A stretch of DNA of 64,000 bases from Candidatus Bathyarchaeota archaeon (lineage in GTDB: Archaea; Thermoproteota; Bathyarchaeia; Bathyarchaeales; Bathycorpusculaceae), in assembly GCA_963775465.1 (NCBI GenBank), contig CAVZIW010000003.1, forward strand, positions 160,001 to 224,000. The letters run 5' to 3'. The notes under the pieces are model-generated. The model did no database searches. It was not told the DNA's origin and saw nothing but the letters and a program-made list of their open reading frames with translations. This document shows, one piece after another, positions 57,434 through 64,000 of this stretch (position 1 is its first letter; the number at the start of each line of letters is the position of its first letter). The position numbers and the translations under genes were made by a program.

Positions 57434-59364
57434 TTAAGCTTCCAAGTGAAGCTGAAGCATACTTTCCTTACAATAGTGTACGCCCCCACCAAGATGATTT
57501 CATAAGCACAGTTTACAGCGCAGTCGATAACAAACGTTCAGTTCTAATTGAGGGCAGCAACGGGCTCGGAAAGACTATTTCTTCGTTATCAGCCTGTTTG
57601 CCTGTAGCCATTAAAAAGAATCTAAAAATCTTGTATGTTGCTAGGACCCATCGTCAGCATGACCGTGTTATTGAAGAGCTTCGGGCAGTCTACAAGCGTC
57701 ACCCTGTTTCTGGTGTTTCTATTCGGGGACGAAATGAAATGTGTCTTAACGCGTTTGCTGCTGACGGAGGATTTGATTCAAAGTCCATGATGGAGGTTTG
57801 CGAATTATTGAAAGCTAAGGGGAGGTGTCCATTCTACGTTAATGTGGACAATCGAACCTACGATTATCTCCAGCTTCAACAGCAAGTTGCCACCCACCCA
57901 TATATGGCATCTGAAATTCTGCGTTTCTGCAGAAAAAAAGAACTCTGTCCATATGAGCTCGTTAAAGGGGCTGTTTCAGACGCAAAAGTGATAGCTTTAA
58001 GCTACTTGTATGTTTTTGACCCGCAAATACGAAATGCTTTTTTAAAAAATCTAGAAACCGACTTGGGAAAAATTATACTCATAGTCGATGAAGCCCACAA
58101 TTTGCCTGAAACTGCCGTGGATATTTCAAGTAGCTCCCTTTCGTTATTCGTGATGAAACAGGCTGAGTCAGAAGCTAAGCACTTCGGCAAAAAAGATATT
58201 GAAGAGTTTGTAAGTTTTTTTAGAGATGAAGTCGAAAAAATAACTGACAAAGTCAGCAAAGAAGAAATTATTTCTCCTGACAGTTTAATTGAAATCATCC
58301 AAAAACAGGGAAACATCGCCAACCCCGAAAAATTCTTTGAACACATGCATGATGAAGGAGGAGCCATTAAGAAAACACTTTTAGCTGAAGGCAAAAATCC
58401 CCGTTCCTATGTACATGCTATGGGTGAATTTTTGCTAAAATGGCATGATACTGTAGATGATGACTCATTCATCAACGTAGCAAGCCATTATTTCACCAAA
58501 GAAAATAACAAAACTGCAAAACTAGAAATTGTCGCCCTTGACCCAGCCAAAATAACTGAGCCCATTTTCGCGTCAACCTATGCTAACGTTATCATGTCAG
58601 GTACTCTTCAGCCTTTGGAAGCTTACGCGCGAATCACTAGGCTTCCTCAAAGCACTGTAAGGTTTCTTGCACCTTCGCCATTTGCCAAAGAACATGTTTT
58701 CTCAGCAGTTAGCTGTGGCGTAACTACTTCTATGGAAAAAAGGACTCCCTTAATGTATAAAACAATGATAGAACGCATTAACGAAGTCGTGAACAGCACC
58801 CCCACCAATACAGGAGTTTTTGCAGCTTCTTTTCAAGTCCTAAACCAGTTGTTGGAGGCAGGGTTAGAGGACTCATTGCTTAAGCCCTTATTTCACGAAC
58901 ATCGCGGTATGACCTCCAAGGCAAATGAGAAGCTCGTTCAGGATTTCAAAGTCTGTGGCTGCAAAGGCGGCGCTGTGTTTCTAGGGGTTCAAGGTGGACG
59001 AACTTCAGAAGGAGTGGATTTTCCTGGTAACCAAATGGATTCGGTAATTGTTGTAGGGGTGCCTTATGCAGAGCCGACACCAAGAGTCAAAGCACAAATT
59101 GACTATTATGAGAAATGTTTTCCAGGGTTAGGCCGCGAATATGGCTACATTTTGCCAGCAATGAAAAAAGCTTCTCAAGCTGCAGGAAGACCCATAAGAA
59201 CTTTAGAAGATAAGGGAGCTATTGTGTTTTTGGACTATCGTTTTTCTACCACTTACTGCCGAAACTTCTTACCATCATGGATAACTAATTCAATGAAAGT
59301 TTTACCTGATAAAAGGGACGTTTTAGCAGTCGAAGTCAGCGATTTCTTTAGAAATCAATCTTGA
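57430..59364 (+). CDS. xpd: XPD/Rad3/DinG Fe-S DNA helicase
   Basis: FPY..RPHQ, GLGKT, Fe-S cysteines, DEAHN, MSGTL, SEGVDF and QAAGRPIR. ATG 57430 overlaps the nth stop. Confidence 0.88.
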   Translation: MIKLPSEAEAYFPYNSVRPHQDDFISTVYSAVDNKRSVLIEGSNGLGKTISSLSACLPVAIKKNLKILYVARTHRQHDRVIEELRAVYKRHPVSGVSIRGRNEMCLNAFAADGGFDSKSMMEVCELLKAKGRCPFYVNVDNRTYDYLQLQQQVATHPYMASEILRFCRKKELCPYELVKGAVSDAKVIALSYLYVFDPQIRNAFLKNLETDLGKIILIVDEAHNLPETAVDISSSSLSLFVMKQAESEAKHFGKKDIEEFVSFFRDEVEKITDKVSKEEIISPDSLIEIIQKQGNIANPEKFFEHMHDEGGAIKKTLLAEGKNPRSYVHAMGEFLLKWHDTVDDDSFINVASHYFTKENNKTAKLEIVALDPAKITEPIFASTYANVIMSGTLQPLEAYARITRLPQSTVRFLAPSPFAKEHVFSAVSCGVTTSMEKRTPLMYKTMIERINEVVNSTPTNTGVFAASFQVLNQLLEAGLEDSLLKPLFHEHRGMTSKANEKLVQDFKVCGCKGGAVFLGVQGGRTSEGVDFPGNQMDSVIVVGVPYAEPTPRVKAQIDYYEKCFPGLGREYGYILPAMKKASQAAGRPIRTLEDKGAIVFLDYRFSTTYCRNFLPSWITNSMKVLPDKRDVLAVEVSDFFRNQS

Positions 59365-59554
59365 GCTTCCTTAATATTCATATCTGCTAGAACGTTTCTA
59401 AACACAGATCCTTCGTTGGCTTCAAAATGATTTTCGTCTTTTTTCCTGATGAACCCGCACTTTGTTATTCTTCTGCGATTGTTTGCCGAGTGCTTATATT
59501 TTTCAGAAACAAGGTGAACCCAGGTAAATTTGTAAAATAAAAGTTGCCTAATTG

Positions 59555-60199
59555 CTACGAATTGTTTGTCGCAATAAGCTTCCTCCTTTTATAAACGTGC
59601 CCAGACCTGCCTGCTATACGAATGGCTGAAGAAATGTGCCTAATTTTACGGGTATGCTTTTTTTGGGGTTTGTCAGTTCCTGCTTCGTTCACCACTTCCA
59701 ACTTTACCTGGATTGGCAGAACATTATCTAGATCAATCACCAGGTCTCTGTAAATGGGCGTTCCATTTCCAATCTTAACCACAACGTGTGTATGTTCAAA
59801 GTTTACGTTTCTTGTTGCCCTAAGCGCGCTATTAGATAATTCACGAACGCTGAAATTATTACTTTCTTCAATTACTTTTCCATCAGCCAAAACAGCCAAT
59901 CCAATTGTCTCACCTGGGTCAATTCCAATAACTATTCTATCAAACATTTCTTTTCCGAGAAGAATCCTTTTGATCTCGCTAATTAAATTCTCTAACTCGT
60001 TCTCGCTTTTAAAAACAAGAATTTTTCCATAGTTTACCAGGCTCTTTTCTCTTTCGGTTGTTATTACTATCTTAACTCTGGTAAAAATTGGATTACCTGG
60101 GATTATACTGCTGAAGGCAATGTTTTGTTCTTTTAGTGCGTTAACGATTAGGAAGTATGCTTTGCCTTGGATTGTTGCAACTGCAACTTTTTCTTTCAT
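59555..60199 (-). CDS. Hypothetical protein with an RNase H-like (YqgF-type) domain
   Basis: IVIGIDPGETIGLAV, KIGNG, VNEAGT and SAIRIA. Start ATG 60199. Confidence 0.65.
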   Translation of the reverse strand: MKEKVAVATIQGKAYFLIVNALKEQNIAFSSIIPGNPIFTRVKIVITTEREKSLVNYGKILVFKSENELENLISEIKRILLGKEMFDRIVIGIDPGETIGLAVLADGKVIEESNNFSVRELSNSALRATRNVNFEHTHVVVKIGNGTPIYRDLVIDLDNVLPIQVKLEVVNEAGTDKPQKKHTRKIRHISSAIRIAGRSGHVYKRRKLIATNNS

Positions 60200-60274
60200 A
60201 AAGAAATCCTTAAAGTATACGTTTAAGTGCAAAACTCATTATTATCTTCAAGTTAATAATCCTGACGTGAAAAA

Positions 60275-60967
60275 ATGGTGGAAATCCAGACAGGCTGCAG
60301 TTGCATCGATACTAATATAGGCGGCGGAATCAAAAAAGACGTCATAACTCTAATTTATGGAGCTCCGGAAACAGGGAAGTCTACCCTCGCAATGCAGTGC
60401 TCCGTTAACTGTGCTATTCAAAACTTGAAGGTTCTTTTTGTGGACTGCGACAACACATTCTCAACAAAGCGGCTTGCCCAGATTTCTGGGGACAAATTTG
60501 ATGAGGTTGCTGAACGAATTATTTTAGTTAAGCCCAAGAATTTTTGTGAGCAAACTGCTTTTATAGACCAAATTCAAGATTACGTAAACAAAAATGTCGG
60601 GTTAATCGTATTTGACACTTTGACTTCGCTTTATGGAGCAGAAGTCTGCGAAACTTCAAGTAAAACTTTCTCTATTAACCGTGAATTAAACAGGCAATTA
60701 GCTATTTTGGCGCAGACTGTAAAAATCTGCAAAATCCCCCTGATAATCACCAGCCAAGTCCGAAGCATTTTAGGCGAGCAAGAAGATAATGTTCGACCTG
60801 TAGCGACTAGAGTTTTAAAGTTTTGGGCAGAAACCATAATTGCATTAAAACCAACTGAGCAGCCTCAAATAATAAAGGCGGTTCTTGAGAAAAAGCATGA
60901 GACTGATAATGAAGTTGTATGTTATGTACAAATAGGGGAAATGGGAATACAAGATAGCAACCCCTAA
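60275..60967 (+). CDS. radB: DNA repair protein RadB (RecA/Rad51 paralog without the N-terminal domain)
   Basis: TGCSCID..IGGG, GAPETGKS, IVFDTLTSLY and ITSQV. 230 aa. Confidence 0.85.
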   Translation: MVEIQTGCSCIDTNIGGGIKKDVITLIYGAPETGKSTLAMQCSVNCAIQNLKVLFVDCDNTFSTKRLAQISGDKFDEVAERIILVKPKNFCEQTAFIDQIQDYVNKNVGLIVFDTLTSLYGAEVCETSSKTFSINRELNRQLAILAQTVKICKIPLIITSQVRSILGEQEDNVRPVATRVLKFWAETIIALKPTEQPQIIKAVLEKKHETDNEVVCYVQIGEMGIQDSNP

Positions 60968-60974
60968 TTAATGG

Positions 60975-61511
60975 TTGAAAGTCATGGATATTGCACTGCT
61001 ACTCGTTGAAGCTTTGAAATTCATTTTTCCAGCATATTGTGCCAACGGCACACCTGTCCTTGCTGGAGGCGGAACCAAAATGGATTTTGGCAAAAACTTT
61101 ATCGACGGCAAACGCGTTTTTGGCAATAACAAAACTTTCCGCGGTTTTTTTTTCGGGTGGGCAGTTGGGTTTGCTGTTGGCTTAATGGAAGGATTTGTTT
61201 TCGGTTTTGAAAATTTTCCTGTTCTGTTTGCTTTGCTTATTCCGTTGGGAGCGCTTTTGGGAGATTTGACTGGGGCTTTTGTAAAACGTAGATTAAGCAT
61301 TGCTCCAGGAGGCTTGTTACCTATTGTGGACCAGGTTGATTTTGTAGTGGGGGCTGTTGTCTTTTCTCTTCCACTTGCATTGACTATTTGGTCAACTGGT
61401 GTTATTCCTTTTTGGCAGATAGCTGTGGTCGCATTGATTATTACTCCGCCAATTCATCTATTAACTAATTTCTGTGCGTATAAATTGAAGTTAAAGAAAA
61501 ATCCTTGGTAA
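60975..61511 (+). CDS. carS: CDP-archaeol synthase
   Basis: PAYCANGTPV, DGKRVFGNNKTFRG, GDL.GAFVKRR, DQVDF and H...N...KKNPW. Confidence 0.92.
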   Translation: MKVMDIALLLVEALKFIFPAYCANGTPVLAGGGTKMDFGKNFIDGKRVFGNNKTFRGFFFGWAVGFAVGLMEGFVFGFENFPVLFALLIPLGALLGDLTGAFVKRRLSIAPGGLLPIVDQVDFVVGAVVFSLPLALTIWSTGVIPFWQIAVVALIITPPIHLLTNFCAYKLKLKKNPW

Positions 61512-61527
61512 AAAAAGAATGAACGGT

Positions 61528-61971
61528 TTAGAAAGACTGTCCGCCCGTTGCTTTGAAACCAATAGAGCCTTCTAAGAACAGATAAGCCAAAAGTAAAAAT
61601 GTAACACCGACTACCAGCATCATGTAAGCTTGTCTTGGTTTATATGCACTCTTTGAGCTCTGGTAAACCATAAGTAATCCAACAAATCCTAAAGCATACA
61701 ATATTACCGAGATTAAAGTATCAGATATGAATTGATGACTTATATCCGGATACAGAAAAAAGAATCGCCCGTTTACATAGGCCGAGGGTTGATGAGCTGC
61801 AGCGTCTGGGCCAATCAGAGTGTACAAGCCACCGCCAAAGAGGAATATGGCATATGCGAGCCCTGTTACTGTAACTATGAATGATGAGGGTGCGTTGGTT
61901 GAGACTTTGCGGAACCACCTGCTAAGTGAAAATGATAAGTCTCCGGAAGTTTTCTTAATTTTATTAGACAT
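61528..61971 (-). CDS. OSTC/DC2 (OST3/OST6 C-terminal)-like 3-TM protein
   Basis: FLFGGGLY...P......FFFLYP..SHQFISDTL...LYALGFVGLL pattern. Start ATG 61971. Confidence 0.6.
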   Translation of the reverse strand: MSNKIKKTSGDLSFSLSRWFRKVSTNAPSSFIVTVTGLAYAIFLFGGGLYTLIGPDAAAHQPSAYVNGRFFFLYPDISHQFISDTLISVILYALGFVGLLMVYQSSKSAYKPRQAYMMLVVGVTFLLLAYLFLEGSIGFKATGGQSF

Positions 61972-62185
61972 CTTTGCGCTCTTCCTCAATTAGGTACTTT
62001 GCTACATCTTTAGCCCATTCTCCAGTTAATGAATTTTTCTGAATGCGCACTAAATATTGAGTCCAAGTAACATCAAAGGCTTTCTTCCAAACCTCAAATT
62101 TCATTAGAAGATTCCTATAAGCCTTCAAATGCAACTCGCAAAACCCCTCTTCAGAGACTTCTACATCACACACTTTACATTTCAT
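61964..62185 (-). CDS. Small Cys/His (putative Zn-binding) hypothetical protein
   Basis: MKCKVC...FCELH...TGEWAKDVA. ATGA-coupled to topA. Confidence 0.7.
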   Translation of the reverse strand: MKCKVCDVEVSEEGFCELHLKAYRNLLMKFEVWKKAFDVTWTQYLVRIQKNSLTGEWAKDVAKYLIEEERKDV

Positions 62186-64000
62186 CGCTTTGGCTCTCTT
62201 TTTGTCGGGCAATTTTGGTTAAGGCAAAATTTCCAAGGCTTTTTACCTCGACCATAAACGGCGATGGTTGGAGAACCGCAACACTTGCAGTTGTCCAGCG
62301 GTTTAATAGTGCCCTTCTGAGGGAGAGGAAACGAGTTTTTACATTTGCCTTCAAAATAATTTGTGCAGCCTACAAAACGCTTCCCAGATTTTTTAGAACG
62401 TAGAATTATGAGTTCACCGCCGGCACATTCTGGGCAAGCTCCAACGCTTCTTTCTTGCATATTTAATTGGAGGATAGCCAGACTCAATTTTGTGCCTATA
62501 GCTTCTTCTTTTTCTTTTAACGTGGCTGCTACTGTTGATAGCGTTGCAGTTGCAGTTTGGAGGACAGATTGCTTTGTTTCTTTGCCTTGTTGGATAGCCT
62601 CCATTTCTAGCTCAAGGTTTCTTGTTAATTCAGGAGAGATTATTGTCGGACAATATTTTGAGAGAACCTCTGTTACCTTAAAACCAATGTCAGTGACGGC
62701 AAAGTTAGCAGTTCCACTTAGATATTTGCGGTTAAATAATGTCTGAATAGTTGTTGCCCGGGTTGCTTTGGTTCCAATTTGTTCTTTCTCCATCTTCATT
62801 AGTAAGCTGCGAGGATTAAACCTTGCAAGCGGCTTAGTAAAATGTAAATTTAAGGCAACACGCTTAACCTTAACTTTTTCTCCCTCAGCCAATTCAGGTA
62901 CGGATATTTCCTTGAACTGAACGTATGGATTGTAAAATTTTATCCACCCTTGGAACATTGTTCTTTCTGCGCTGTAAAGAAAAATGTTTTCGTTTATGTT
63001 TACTTTTGCATTTATGCTTTGTTTGAGTGCTGGTTCAGCAAATACGGCAAAAAAACGCTTAACAACTAAATCGAAGATATTTCTGTCAACAGTACCGAGT
63101 GGTTTTTCAGAGAGATTCCCAGTTGGGTAAATAGCTGGATGCGCGGGATCGAATTTTTTGCCTTCGTTAGGCTTTAGTAAGGGTTTAGCTAAGAGTTCAG
63201 TTGCAGCTTTGGCGTAAGTTGGTGCTTTGGATAGTTTTTTCAGAATTGTTTGGTAACCTATTGAGGCTGGAAGCTTTTGGCTGCTTGTTCGAGGATAAGA
63301 AATCATTGCATTCAAGTATAAACTTTGCAAAACATTTGAAGTTCTCATAGGAGTATATCTAAAAATACGGTAGGCTTCACTTTGCAAGGTGGTGAGGTCA
63401 AAGGGTACTGGTGGATTTTTCTCAAACATACTTATGTTAACAGCTTCTATAAAGCCTTCTTTAGTCTTACAAGTAGCCTTAACCGCAGATACTTCAGATA
63501 AAGTCTCAAGCGTTTTTTCATATTCAACGTCGAGCGTAACATCGTTTGTTTCTACTTTTGCTGTTATTGTCCAGTATGGTGTGGGTACAAAAGCTTGGAT
63601 GTTTTTTTCCCGTTTTTCTACAAATTTTAAGGTTGGACCTTGAACTCTCCCCGTGCTAAAGGTTGAATAATGGCCCGAACTGCGTTGAACTGCTTGGGTC
63701 AATGCTCTTGATAAGTTTATTCCGTAGAGCCAATCCAGTTCATGCCTTGTTAAACCTGCTTCAACCAAAGCAAAATCTAAATGTGGCAGCAGGTTTGAAT
63801 AAGATTGCTGTAGCTCCTCTTTGGTAAGTGTTGAATATTTCATTCTTTTAGCTACTTGTTCTTTGCCGTTACATGCATACTTCAGAATGTTGTAACCTAT
63901 AATGCTGCCTTCTATGTCAAAGTCGCATGCATCTACAAAGATTTCAGCTTTCTTAGCTAAATCTGAGATAACTTTCAGCCAAATCCTGATTAATGATGTT
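62182..64000 (-). CDS. topA: Type IA DNA topoisomerase, 5' end beyond the window
   Basis: Frame is open to the window edge and includes Toprim DACDFDIEG. Also GRVQGPTL, catalytic ISYPRT, AHPAIYPT, IGTKATR and C-terminal zinc ribbons. Confidence 0.95.
   Translation of the reverse strand, partial: TSLIRIWLKVISDLAKKAEIFVDACDFDIEGSIIGYNILKYACNGKEQVAKRMKYSTLTKEELQQSYSNLLPHLDFALVEAGLTRHELDWLYGINLSRALTQAVQRSSGHYSTFSTGRVQGPTLKFVEKREKNIQAFVPTPYWTITAKVETNDVTLDVEYEKTLETLSEVSAVKATCKTKEGFIEAVNISMFEKNPPVPFDLTTLQSEAYRIFRYTPMRTSNVLQSLYLNAMISYPRTSSQKLPASIGYQTILKKLSKAPTYAKAATELLAKPLLKPNEGKKFDPAHPAIYPTGNLSEKPLGTVDRNIFDLVVKRFFAVFAEPALKQSINAKVNINENIFLYSAERTMFQGWIKFYNPYVQFKEISVPELAEGEKVKVKRVALNLHFTKPLARFNPRSLLMKMEKEQIGTKATRATTIQTLFNRKYLSGTANFAVTDIGFKVTEVLSKYCPTIISPELTRNLELEMEAIQQGKETKQSVLQTATATLSTVAATLKEKEEAIGTKLSLAILQLNMQERSVGACPECAGGELIILRSKKSGKRFVGCTNYFEGKCKNSFPLPQKGTIKPLDNCKCCGSPTIAVYGRGKKPWKFCLNQNCPTKREPKR

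Noticed and set aside
1227-63643. Numerous 60-200 aa antisense or alternate-frame ORFs in the track (e.g. 25813..26334, 35547..36098, 41600..42190)
   Set aside because: They lie within or across well-supported genes and lack motifs, so they are shadow ORFs.
1-64000. CRISPR arrays, tRNA/rRNA genes, IS elements, cobalamin or SAM riboswitches
   Set aside because: No spaced repeats, cloverleaf or rRNA-like GC-rich tracts, transposases or riboswitch consensus were recognised by eye. A covariance-model scan was not possible.

Overview
This is an archaeal chromosomal window. Gene content and style (stand-alone MtrH, wHTH-TM regulators, PQQ-like propellers, an OSTC-like protein, TopA, RadB, XPD, GPN GTPase) suggest Bathyarchaeia; that assignment is inference. 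The main signal is 12 radical SAM genes in about 52 kb: 7 cobalamin-binding class B (one frameshifted), 3 SPASM-type, 1 HemN-like and tetraether synthase Tes. They are interleaved with a dispersed cobamide salvage set (cbiZ, cbiB, cobD, cobY, cobS), a bacterial-type MetK, a corrinoid protein plus MtrH, two SAM methyltransferases, ether-lipid genes (DGGGP synthase, tes, carS, a Gms-like enzyme) and glycosyltransferases. My best hypothesis is a self-supplying B12/SAM-dependent membrane-lipid tailoring locus. Other notable items are an RnfD-[4Fe-4S]-FrhB fusion with no other Rnf subunits, a mosaic tandem duplication of an ECF S-component-like gene, several proteins with degenerate active sites, an aldo/keto reductase pseudogene and two further single-base frameshifts. 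I recognised no rRNA, tRNA, CRISPR array or IS element. All assignments come from motif reading by eye; no database searches were run.
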